Shown here: positions 1-8,855 of the stretch, piece after piece
Numbering within the stretch: the first letter of the stretch is position 1
How the letters are laid out: each line of letters starts with the position of its first letter
NCBI GenBank assembly: GCA_963726455.1
Contig: CAVSCK010000005.1
Span: 224,001 to 288,000 of the forward strand
From: an uncultured bacterium
Lineage (GTDB): Bacteria; Zixibacteria; MSB-5A5; CAIYYT01
Reading direction: 5' to 3'
Length of the DNA: 64,000 nucleotides
Notes under the pieces: model-generated
Told to the model about the DNA's origin: nothing
Database searches by the model: none
Seen by the model: only the letters and a program-made list of their open reading frames with translations
Program-made: the position numbers and the translations under genes

Positions 1-17
1 TATCGCTTGCATTAACA

Positions 18-3000
18 TTGTCGTTCCTGTTGCTTACGTCGCTGAGCGCAGTTATGGCAACGCCCTTGAATTTGCGCTATCCGGCGCCATCCCCTGACGG
101 ATCGAAAATCTGTTTCTCCTATCTGGGGGACTTGTGGGTGGTTTCTGCCAAGGGAGGCCAGGCGGATCGGCTGACGGTATCACCCAGTTATGATGCGTTC
201 CCCAAATGGTCGCCGGACGGAATCTACATCGCATATTCGTCGCAGCGGAACGGCAACTACGATGTCTATATAATTCCCTCAACCGGTGGCAGCGAATCGC
301 GGGTGACCTATCATTCGGCGGATGATATTGTGACCGGTTGGAGCGCCGACAGCCGCCGCGTGCTCTTCACATCACAACGCGACCACCAGTATCGGCAGGT
401 TTGGGAGGCGCCGGCAGCCGGCGGCCGCGCCCGGCCGTTGACGAATATCGAATCCTTCTCGGGGCAACGCTCCCCTGATGCAAACAAATTGTTGTTCGTG
501 CGCGGCGCGGTTCCATGGTGGCGCGCGGGTTACCGGGGGACGGCGGCGTGTGATTTGATGGTCAAGGATCTGACATCGGGAAGCATCGAACGCGTGACTT
601 CATCTGCGTGCAACGAAATGGACGGTTACTGGGTTCCGGGAGGTGGCGCCGTCGTATTCGTGTCTGACTCCGGTGGCGTCTACAATCTGTATCAGAAAAA
701 TCTGGTGAGCGGCGTAGTCACGCAATTGACAGACCACCGCACCAGCGCTTCGCATCTGTCGGTATCTCAGGATGCTTCACTGGCGGCGTATGAACTGGCC
801 GGCGAAATATATCTATATGACTTCAAGACCGGCCAGGGACGGAAGCTGGAAGCCGACGTGCCGGCATTTCCGCCGGCGGGTGTTGTCGAAAAGAAAGTGT
901 ACGATTCCGGTATTAGTGAATTCGCATTATCTCCTGACGGTAATCTGTTGGCCTACGTTGTTGGCGGACAGGTTTTCTGCCGCGACCTGGCAGGTGCGTA
1001 CCAACAGCAGCTTACGAGTACTATCGACGACGATCAGGGCCTTTCCTGGTCGCCCGACTCGAAGCAACTGGCGCTGGTATCAGACCGGGATCTGAGCTAC
1101 GACGTCTATCTGCTGCGTTCCACGGACCAGAGTCAGCCATCGCTGGCGCGTTCACACGATCGCGAAATAGCTCCGTTTGCTAAGTCGGATGCCTCCAAGC
1201 GGACGCCGCAGATTTCGCCGGATCAGACCAAACTTGCCTATGTCCGGGCCGAGACCGATTTGGTGGTGACGGACATCAAAAGGTTTACGGAACGCGTGTT
1301 GTCAGACAAGGACCCGGTGGGCTCATTTGGCTGGTCGCCGGACGGACGGTATGTCGTATTCACGCGCTTTGACGAGGACTGGGACAATCAACTCTTCATC
1401 GGCGACAGTGAGAGCGGTACCGTCTACAGGATCAACAAGGCATCGGGGAGCTACCTGAATCCACGGTTTTCGCCCGATGGACGATTGATCTATTTCGTCA
1501 ACGACAACGATATCTACTATCTGTACCTTGAGCGCCGACTGGCCGAGATGACGTTTACCCAACGGCGGGAATATGCTACCAAGAACAAACCCAAAAACGC
1601 GCTGGGATTGCCGACGGTCATGATCGATTTCGACGGAATTGCCGAACGAGCGACGCGATTAACAGATCAAGGTAACATCGAGATGGCAGTGATGTCGGCG
1701 AATTCCTCATCGGTAGTCTATATCACGTCCGCAGGCCACATTGAAAGAATCAATCTTGACGGCAGCGAACATAAGTTGATCAGTTGGGCGCTGGACACGC
1801 CGTCACAACCGCAGTTGACGCCGACTGGAGATGCCCTTTATGTCAGGGACCGCAACGGAAAATTATACGAGTTGGATCCCAACGGCGGAGCGCCAATGCC
1901 GGTGCCGTTCAGTGCGGAAGTCCAGATCGATCACCGGCAGGAAATGCTGCATGTGTTCGATCAGGCGTGGGAACTGCTGAAGGAACGTTATTTCGACGCC
2001 ACCTTCAACGGTCTGAACTGGAACAGCGTGCGCGAGACCTTTCTTCCCCGCGTGCAAGCAGCGACGGAAGTAAATGATGTCTACGATATCATCCGGGAAA
2101 TGGCGGGCGAACTGAACTGCTCGCACATAAATATCTGGCATGGCGACCTGCTGGATGACGAAACGGGCCTCCTTGGTATCGTGCCGGATTACGACGACAA
2201 CTCTGCGGGACTGAAAATCAAGTACGTGATCGCTGGATCGCCGGCGGCAAAGTCGCTTTCGCGGCTGCGCCTCGACGACAAGATCACCGCGGTTGAAGGT
2301 CGCAAGCTGGTGACCAACGTTGACTATTACACGGTCTTCGAGAATACGGTAGGCAAGGAAATCAAGCTCGACATTTTCAGCCGCGATGGCATTTCGCGCA
2401 GTGTCCTGATCACGCCGTTTTCATCGGAAGAATACTACAATGCCGAATTCGCGGATCGCGCCGGCAAGGCGCGTGAGACGGTAGATAAACTGTCCGGCAA
2501 GAAGTTCGCCTATGTGCAGCTCAGGCACATGGATCACGATGGGATGGATGGTTTCACGGGTGAGTTGGACGCAGAGCTGACCGGTAAGAAGGGATTGATT
2601 CTGGACATACGCGGAAATGTCGGCGGCGCAAACCACGATCGTCTCCTGGAGTACCTGTCGCGCCGCAATTATATTACTCATAAGCCACGCTATGGAACGC
2701 CGGGACAGGATTCCCCCGGAGCCGTTGATATTCCGATCGTGCTCTTGATCGACGAGTACACAACCTCAGATGCCGAAATTTTCGCGCAGGGATTTCGGGA
2801 ACTGGGGCTGGGAACAGTTTTGGGTACAACGACCTACGGAGCCGTGCTCGGCACGGAACATCACAAACTCCTGGACGGCTCGACACTCACGCTGCCGGCG
2901 GTCGGCTGGTATACGCTTAAGGGGGCCTCACTGGAAAATAGTGGCGTGGCGCCGGATGTGGAAATTCCGAGTAATCTCACACGCCTGGAGAAGGGCGACG

Positions 3001-3050
3001 ACAACCAACTCGAAGAAGCCGTCAAGTTCCTGCAACAGAAGATCAAGTAA
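18..3050 (+). CDS. Tricorn-like S41 family serine peptidase (PD40/TolB-like beta-propellers, PDZ, S41 domain); true start may lie before the window
   Basis: Repeated P.WSPDG propeller motifs; ELNCSH His motif; LILDIRGNVGG, TTSDAEIF (catalytic Ser) and GVAPD motifs of S41. The frame is open back to base 3. Confidence 0.9.
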   Translation: MSFLLLTSLSAVMATPLNLRYPAPSPDGSKICFSYLGDLWVVSAKGGQADRLTVSPSYDAFPKWSPDGIYIAYSSQRNGNYDVYIIPSTGGSESRVTYHSADDIVTGWSADSRRVLFTSQRDHQYRQVWEAPAAGGRARPLTNIESFSGQRSPDANKLLFVRGAVPWWRAGYRGTAACDLMVKDLTSGSIERVTSSACNEMDGYWVPGGGAVVFVSDSGGVYNLYQKNLVSGVVTQLTDHRTSASHLSVSQDASLAAYELAGEIYLYDFKTGQGRKLEADVPAFPPAGVVEKKVYDSGISEFALSPDGNLLAYVVGGQVFCRDLAGAYQQQLTSTIDDDQGLSWSPDSKQLALVSDRDLSYDVYLLRSTDQSQPSLARSHDREIAPFAKSDASKRTPQISPDQTKLAYVRAETDLVVTDIKRFTERVLSDKDPVGSFGWSPDGRYVVFTRFDEDWDNQLFIGDSESGTVYRINKASGSYLNPRFSPDGRLIYFVNDNDIYYLYLERRLAEMTFTQRREYATKNKPKNALGLPTVMIDFDGIAERATRLTDQGNIEMAVMSANSSSVVYITSAGHIERINLDGSEHKLISWALDTPSQPQLTPTGDALYVRDRNGKLYELDPNGGAPMPVPFSAEVQIDHRQEMLHVFDQAWELLKERYFDATFNGLNWNSVRETFLPRVQAATEVNDVYDIIREMAGELNCSHINIWHGDLLDDETGLLGIVPDYDDNSAGLKIKYVIAGSPAAKSLSRLRLDDKITAVEGRKLVTNVDYYTVFENTVGKEIKLDIFSRDGISRSVLITPFSSEEYYNAEFADRAGKARETVDKLSGKKFAYVQLRHMDHDGMDGFTGELDAELTGKKGLILDIRGNVGGANHDRLLEYLSRRNYITHKPRYGTPGQDSPGAVDIPIVLLIDEYTTSDAEIFAQGFRELGLGTVLGTTTYGAVLGTEHHKLLDGSTLTLPAVGWYTLKGASLENSGVAPDVEIPSNLTRLEKGDDNQLEEAVKFLQQKIK

Positions 3051-3090
3051 GTTCACCGAAAGTCGCTACGATCCGACTAGCGATTCCCCC

Positions 3091-3129
3091 TTGACAAACG
3101 TGAACTTTCGAATAGATTAACAGAACAGT
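3091..3129 (+). promoter_or_regulatory. Sigma-70-type promoter TTGACA-N16-TAGATT, followed by AGAACAGT; same layout as the promoter at 5150
   Basis: Perfect -35 and plausible -10; aligns without gaps to 5150-5188. Confidence 0.65.
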
Positions 3130-3213
3130 TCTAAACAAAATTGACCGGGACAGTAAGCGAGCCACGAGGCCATGTGACGCTCGACTGGGTTCTTGTGCAC
3201 AGGAGGTAAAGCA

Positions 3214-4470
3214 ATGAAACAGGCAGTTATTCTGATTGTGGGAATGTTGATGTTGACTTTGCCGACGAACGCGGCGGTAATTCAAGTCCCATTTGATCAG
3301 CCCACCATTCAATCAGGTATCAATGCGGCGACCAACGGCGACACAGTCCTGGTTGCCACTGGAACTTATTTGGGCGCGGGAAATCGTGATCTCGATTTCA
3401 GCGGCAAATTGATTACGGTAAAATCGGTGGCCGGCGCGGCTAACTCGATTATTGATTGCCAGGCCGACTCACTCAATCAGCACTGGGCGTTTTATTTTCA
3501 TTCCGGGGAAGATTCCACGGCAGTCATTGACGGGTTTACGATCAAAAACGCCTATCATTTCGAGGGGGCGGTTCGCTGTTCGTCTGCAGCGGCAACGCTT
3601 CGCAATTGCGTACTGCGGGAGAACGGAGTGAGTGCGCTCTGGGTTCGCGCCGTCATAGGAGTAGTAGCAGAAAACTGCGCCATCACGAAGAATCGCTGGA
3701 CAGGAATCATGCTCAATTACAGCCGGATATGGCTCAACGATTGCGTGATCGACAGCAACAGCAACGACGGTATCTCGGCGTACAACAGCCCGGTCTTCAT
3801 CATTTCGCATTGCCTGTTCAGGGACAACGGCGGCTACGGCATCTCGGCATACATTATGTTTCCAAGATTCCATATCAATAACTGCACTTTCGTAGGCAAT
3901 CAGACAGGATTCATATATCAAGGTGATTGGCCGAAGGCGGCAGAAGCTACCGAATTCCAACTCGATTCCGGCACTGTAAGCAACTGCATCTTTGCCTTCA
4001 ATCGCTCGCGAGGATTTATGACCGATCCTTACGCCGGTTCGTTCTATGCCACCTGCAACGACTGGTACGGAAACCCGGCGGGTGATTTCTACCCGCAGTC
4101 GCCGGTCCCGTATGACACCTCCGGAGATTTCTCGCTCGATCCATTATTCTGCCAGACACAAGGGAACTACTACGGGATATCCAATCTCTCTCCCTGCGCC
4201 CCCACCCAGAACTCATGCCAGACGCTGATCGGCGCTTATCCTGTGTCGTGTTCAGGGACTTATGTCTGCGGCGACGCTAATCGCGACGGGGCGGTTGATG
4301 TATCGGATGCAGTCTATCTGGTGCAGTATATCTTTGCAGGCGGGCCGGCGCCCGTACCGGTCGCTGCCGGCGATGTCAATTGCGACGGCTCGATTGACAT
4401 ATCCGACGCGGTCTACTTGATCGGTTACATCTTCAGCAGTGGGCCGGCGCCGTGCGCGCAGTGTAAGTGA
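3214..4470 (+). CDS. Secreted right-handed beta-helix (pectin-lyase-like fold) protein with C-terminal dockerin-like domain
   Basis: AGGAGG RBS before ATG 3214; signal peptide; VPxDQPTIQxGIxAA..GDTVLVA..GTY entry motif; Cys/Asn ladder repeats; C-terminal CGDANRDGAVDVSDAVYL / GDVNCDGSIDISDAVYL duplex. Confidence 0.85.
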   Translation: MKQAVILIVGMLMLTLPTNAAVIQVPFDQPTIQSGINAATNGDTVLVATGTYLGAGNRDLDFSGKLITVKSVAGAANSIIDCQADSLNQHWAFYFHSGEDSTAVIDGFTIKNAYHFEGAVRCSSAAATLRNCVLRENGVSALWVRAVIGVVAENCAITKNRWTGIMLNYSRIWLNDCVIDSNSNDGISAYNSPVFIISHCLFRDNGGYGISAYIMFPRFHINNCTFVGNQTGFIYQGDWPKAAEATEFQLDSGTVSNCIFAFNRSRGFMTDPYAGSFYATCNDWYGNPAGDFYPQSPVPYDTSGDFSLDPLFCQTQGNYYGISNLSPCAPTQNSCQTLIGAYPVSCSGTYVCGDANRDGAVDVSDAVYLVQYIFAGGPAPVPVAAGDVNCDGSIDISDAVYLIGYIFSSGPAPCAQCK

Positions 4471-4489
4471 TACGCTTCAGTCTGCTTTG

Positions 4490-4524
4490 CCCCCACGCCT
4501 AACCCCTCCCCACACGGAGAGGGG
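4490..4524. repeat. REP-like short palindrome (CCCCTC...GAGGGG) between convergent genes; possible terminator
   Basis: ccccacgcctaacccctccccacacggagagggg resembles the widespread CCCTxxCCCTCTCCC-N-GGGAGAGGG extragenic palindromes. Confidence 0.45.
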
Positions 4525-4548
4525 TATGATTACGAATGTGTAGGGCGA

Positions 4549-4938
4549 TTATAGTTCTCGATCGTCGGAAGTACAATTTAGCAGGCCGGTATTGTCGATC
4601 ACCCAGGTATCGGGAGCGGGATCGCTGTCCAATCCGGGAGCCGGCGCGTCAGCGGTCGCGACGAATGTCGCCGGCGTAATCACAACGCTGTAGTTGTAAC
4701 GCCGATTAGCGGTCAGATCAACACCCAACAGCGTCAGATCGTTACAATACTGGCTGTGTTCCTGGAAGTAGCCGTTTTCGAGCGTGTATATCTGCTTCAA
4801 TATCCCCTGTGCTTCTGCCTGCTTTGCTTTGATCGATGTGCTCATGAATCTTGGTATGGCCAGCGTGGCAAGAACGCCAACGACTATGACTACGATCGCC
4901 AGTTCGAGCAGCGTAAAACCTTTGCTGTCATTCTTCAC
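4549..4938 (-). CDS. Type IV pilin (PilA/PilE-like prepilin)
   Basis: GGAGG RBS before GTG 4938; class III signal KG|FTLLELAIVVIVVGVLATLAIPRF with E5; C-terminal D.W.ID motif; 129 aa. Confidence 0.88.
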   Translation of the reverse strand: MKNDSKGFTLLELAIVVIVVGVLATLAIPRFMSTSIKAKQAEAQGILKQIYTLENGYFQEHSQYCNDLTLLGVDLTANRRYNYSVVITPATFVATADAPAPGLDSDPAPDTWVIDNTGLLNCTSDDREL

Positions 4939-4976
4939 GGTATCTCCTCCATTCCAGTGTTGTTGGCAGTCGATCA

Positions 4977-4992
4977 GGCAAACGGTGTGCCG
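4977..4992 (-). promoter_or_regulatory. Sigma-54 (-24/-12) promoter of the pilin gene
   Basis: Minus strand reads CGGCACACCGTTTGC (GG-N10-GC), about 40 nt upstream of the pilin start. Sigma-54 control of pilin genes is established (PilR/RpoN). Confidence 0.75.
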
Positions 4993-5149
4993 AGTGCGGT
5001 TCGCAAGGATAAGCATGTGTGGCGGAGTCACTTGACAGTTCGGTTATGCCAGTCTTGGGCGCTGCGCTGACGGCAAGTACTTGCAGTACTTTGCGTACAA
5101 ATCCTCTCGACAAATCGGCTGAGTACACGGGCTCGCAGCAATTTCTGCC

Positions 5150-5188
5150 TTGACAAACGTCGACAATAGGCTACATTCGGAGAACAGT
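5150..5188 (+). promoter_or_regulatory. Sigma-70-type promoter TTGACA-N16-TACATT, followed by AGAACAGT
   Basis: Perfect -35; same layout as 3091-3129. Confidence 0.65.
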
Positions 5189-5307
5189 CAAACAACGACG
5201 AGAAGTCGCAAGGTCACTGACAGATTCTGTCAGTGGGAGGCATTATTGTGCACTAAGGGCGTGAAGTGGATTTACGCCCGGACGTGGAATTGACTACTGG
5301 AGGCATC

Positions 5308-8300
5308 ATGAAGAGACAGTTAACGATTCTAATGTTGGGGCTGGTGATAGCAATTGCCGCAATTGGAAACAGTGCAACCATTCGTGTACCCGCGGACCAG
5401 CCGTCAATACAGGCCGGTATCGACGCAGCGGCCGATGGAGATACGGTACTGGTAGCGGCGGGAACGTACGATGAGAACCTGGTAATCTCCGGCACGACAA
5501 CTTTGCTCTCCGAAGCAGGTTACGCTGCGACTTATATACAACCTCAAGTTAGCACTAGCAGACTTGTGCAGGGAAGTGGAAGTCTCACGATAAAAGGATT
5601 TACGTTCCGAAACTGTAATTCGGATTACGGCCTCTACTTTTCCCAGTGCCTTCTCCGTTTCCAGGACAACCTAGTGTCCAATATGCGCACTACCTGGGCT
5701 CCGATGCTGGTCTGGCAGGATTCCTACGCAGATTCAAATTGCTTGGTGGAACGCTGCAAGTTCTATAACAATGCGGCAGGCGGTTCGAGTAACACGGCCG
5801 CACTTTGTCTGATGGATATGAACAAGCCAAGTCTGATTTCAGAATGCGACTTTCATTCTAATTCCGGACAGTATGGTGGAGGAGTCACCCTCTGGAACGC
5901 AAAACAGGCGACAATCGTAAGATGCCTGTTTTACGATAATACTGTGAGCAGAAATGGTAGTGCAGTAAGTGGGGGCGGTTCGGGCGACGTAGTAAATTGC
6001 ACTGTATACAAGAATCGCGCCACTGGTGACGGCGTGGCACTCCATAATCTCGGACTGGTCAAGAATAGCATAATTGCGTCTAATCTTGGTTGGGGCATAA
6101 CCGCACAGATAGCCGATTACAACGATGTATGGGACAACACCATTCTGGACTACGGTTGGGACATGACGCCCGGGGCCCACGACATATCCGCCGACCCTCA
6201 GTTCCTAGATACCGCCGCCCACGATTTTCGCATATCGTCAGTTTCGCCATGTCGCAATGCCGGCGACCCTGCGCTTCAATACAACGACCCCGATGGGACG
6301 AGAAATGATATGGGAGCCCTCTGGAACGATCCGCAGCAGCCGTATGTCTCCAATATGGGTTTTGGGCCTTCCGGCAACGGTGACGAGCTTAACAGTCAGC
6401 CGCCCGTGATATTCTGGCACCTAAATGACTCGCTGTCGGCCCAATCGACGCAATACCATGTTGAAGTCGGAATCGACGAGGACTGGACAACACCTGAAAT
6501 GTGGGATAGCGGCGAGTTAGTTTCCTCTGACTCAAGTGCGCTCTACGCAGGCATTTCGTTCGAAGATCATCGTTATTACTTCTTGCGGATCAGAGTAAGC
6601 AACGGGTCGTCATGGGGAGATTGGGTTAGTTTCAGGTTCCACACGCGCTTCAAGTCGATTGTGCATGTCCCTGCTGATCTGCCGACAATTCAGCAGGGAA
6701 TTGATGCGACAGAGGATGGCGACACGGTGTTGGTTGGGCCGGGAATATATAATGAAAACATCGATCTGCGTGAAAAGAGAGTCACGGTCTTATCCTCCGG
6801 AGGGCGTGACAGCACAGTCATCCGGGCATTCGACGGATATCGGCCGATAATCACGATTCAGTCGGGACAGGACACCACATGCGTTGTTGATGGGTTTACC
6901 GTCCAGAATACAATTAATGCCTCTGGAATATGGATCTATCTAGCCAGTCCCGTCATCCGAAACTGTGACGTCAATAGCTGCGTATTCCCCAGCGATGGGG
7001 GCGGAATCGATGTCTTGTATTCCAGCGGCATCGTCGAAAACAATCGTATACATCACAACCAAGGGGGAAATACTGGCGGTGGAATTCGTGCTCATGGCGG
7101 GAACCCGGATCCCTTGCGAATCAGGGGAAACGAAATCTACCTGAACAACGCCGCCAATGGTCCGGGAATCGGGTGTCCCGACGGCAGTAATCTTCTTATT
7201 GAACGAAACGTCCTTTATCAAAATATGTCAGCCGGAAGCGTGGGAGCGGCTATCTACGCTAACGGGACTGACAACCGGATAATCAACAACACGGTGGTGG
7301 GGAATTCCAACGGCATCATGTTGCTCAATGGAGCGAGGAGTGACGTCAGAAACAATATCATCGTGCTCAATTTTGGTGCGGGGCTAGCAACCGATTTGGC
7401 CACTTTCGATTACAATGACGTCTGGAGCAACGGATGGTCCAACACGCAAAGTCCTCACGCGATTTCAAGCGATCCGCAGTTTGTAAATCAAGCGTTGTGC
7501 GATTACAGGCTGCTCTCGACTTCTCCCTGCATTGATGCCGGTGATCCCGCCACACAATACAGTGATCCTGACGGTTCGAGAAACGACCTGGGGGCCCTTT
7601 GTTACATTCTGAAATATCCGCTTGCTCTAAATCGGGGATTCACTCAGGGTGACACATCTCATCTTATCGACCATGTTCCCACGTTCCGATGGTCATACCG
7701 CAGTACTTCGCCGGGAGGGCAACAGGCGTACCGGATCAGAGTCGGAACAAACTGGACCAGTAGCGATGTTTGGGATGGTGACATGGTGTCGAGTGCTGAC
7801 TCGTCGGCGGTCTACGCTGGAAATCCGCTTGTTGACGGCCACAGGTATTTTGCGGGGATTCGGGTGTACGACGGAGTCACTTGGGGTGACTGGAGCCCGC
7901 TCACTTTTCGCATGAACAGTAAACCGGAGGTACCTGTACTCATTACCCCAATGACCGGAGCGCCTGTTACGAGTCAGCAGCCTACTTTGACTATCGTCAA
8001 TACCAGCGATGCCGAGCAGGACAGTCAGTTGTGCACCTTCGAAGTCTCGCCGGACAGCTTTACCGCGGTCGTCTATACATTCCCCAGGAAACCGAGTGGA
8101 AGCTCAACCACTTCCATTGTTGTGGACTCGTCTCTTACCGAAAACGCCAAATACTGGTGGCGCGTGAAGGCAAGCGACTATTATGAAGAGTCGGCGTACT
8201 CGGAAATCAGAACGTTCTATGTCAATACGGTCAACACTCCGCCGGCGGCGTTTGCGCTGAGCAACCCACCGGACACGGTCGCCGAGCCGTTGGTAACACT

Positions 8301-8748
8301 CCTGCCTCAGTTTACCTGGGCGGCAGCGGCAGACCCTGATCCTTATGATACAGTTTCGTATACCCTCTACCTCGCCACCGATCCACATTTCAACTTTGTA
8401 AAGCCGACGGCCGGGCTCAGGTCGACTTCATACGATTTGGCAGATTCTTTGACCTGGGGCACCCGTTACTGGTGGAAGGTCAGAGCCAATGATCGATCCG
8501 GTGATTCTACTTGGTCGACTCGGGTGTTTTCGTGCCGGACGACTACTCTGGGAGATGCAGACGGGGATGGCTTCGTCACGTTATCCGATGTGGTGTTCTT
8601 GATAAACTACATATTCGCAAATGGAGTCCCTCCCGATCCGATGTCTGCGGGCGATTCGAATTGCGACGGGCTGGTAAACTTGTCCGATGCGGTATATCTG
8701 ATCAACTACATCTTCCGGGAGGGGGCGGCTCCTTGCGCAGTTTTCTAG
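5308..8748 (+). CDS. Large secreted protein: two beta-helix modules, several Ig/FN3-like domains and a C-terminal dockerin-like domain
   Basis: GGAGG RBS before ATG 5308; signal peptide; two VPADxPxIQxGIDA..DGDTVLV modules, each ending SPCxxAGDP..YxDPDGxRNDxGA; YWWRVKA/YWWKVRA FN3-like strands; GDADGDGFVTLSDVVFLINYIF duplex. Confidence 0.85.
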   Translation: MKRQLTILMLGLVIAIAAIGNSATIRVPADQPSIQAGIDAAADGDTVLVAAGTYDENLVISGTTTLLSEAGYAATYIQPQVSTSRLVQGSGSLTIKGFTFRNCNSDYGLYFSQCLLRFQDNLVSNMRTTWAPMLVWQDSYADSNCLVERCKFYNNAAGGSSNTAALCLMDMNKPSLISECDFHSNSGQYGGGVTLWNAKQATIVRCLFYDNTVSRNGSAVSGGGSGDVVNCTVYKNRATGDGVALHNLGLVKNSIIASNLGWGITAQIADYNDVWDNTILDYGWDMTPGAHDISADPQFLDTAAHDFRISSVSPCRNAGDPALQYNDPDGTRNDMGALWNDPQQPYVSNMGFGPSGNGDELNSQPPVIFWHLNDSLSAQSTQYHVEVGIDEDWTTPEMWDSGELVSSDSSALYAGISFEDHRYYFLRIRVSNGSSWGDWVSFRFHTRFKSIVHVPADLPTIQQGIDATEDGDTVLVGPGIYNENIDLREKRVTVLSSGGRDSTVIRAFDGYRPIITIQSGQDTTCVVDGFTVQNTINASGIWIYLASPVIRNCDVNSCVFPSDGGGIDVLYSSGIVENNRIHHNQGGNTGGGIRAHGGNPDPLRIRGNEIYLNNAANGPGIGCPDGSNLLIERNVLYQNMSAGSVGAAIYANGTDNRIINNTVVGNSNGIMLLNGARSDVRNNIIVLNFGAGLATDLATFDYNDVWSNGWSNTQSPHAISSDPQFVNQALCDYRLLSTSPCIDAGDPATQYSDPDGSRNDLGALCYILKYPLALNRGFTQGDTSHLIDHVPTFRWSYRSTSPGGQQAYRIRVGTNWTSSDVWDGDMVSSADSSAVYAGNPLVDGHRYFAGIRVYDGVTWGDWSPLTFRMNSKPEVPVLITPMTGAPVTSQQPTLTIVNTSDAEQDSQLCTFEVSPDSFTAVVYTFPRKPSGSSTTSIVVDSSLTENAKYWWRVKASDYYEESAYSEIRTFYVNTVNTPPAAFALSNPPDTVAEPLVTLLPQFTWAAAADPDPYDTVSYTLYLATDPHFNFVKPTAGLRSTSYDLADSLTWGTRYWWKVRANDRSGDSTWSTRVFSCRTTTLGDADGDGFVTLSDVVFLINYIFANGVPPDPMSAGDSNCDGLVNLSDAVYLINYIFREGAAPCAVF

Positions 8749-8855
8749 CGCGTCGTATTTGGCCGGATGATGAACACACTCGCCGATGCGGACGCGTGCT
8801 CTGGCAAGGCGTGAGGAGAATTTCTGAGGAATTGTCGGGGAGGAAATAGCTAAGA

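Noticed and set aside
5185-5240. Possible c-di-GMP-I riboswitch (GTCAAA...GAGA...CGCAAGG)
   Set aside because: The P1/P2/P3 architecture and the GACGCAAAGC-type junction cannot be built.
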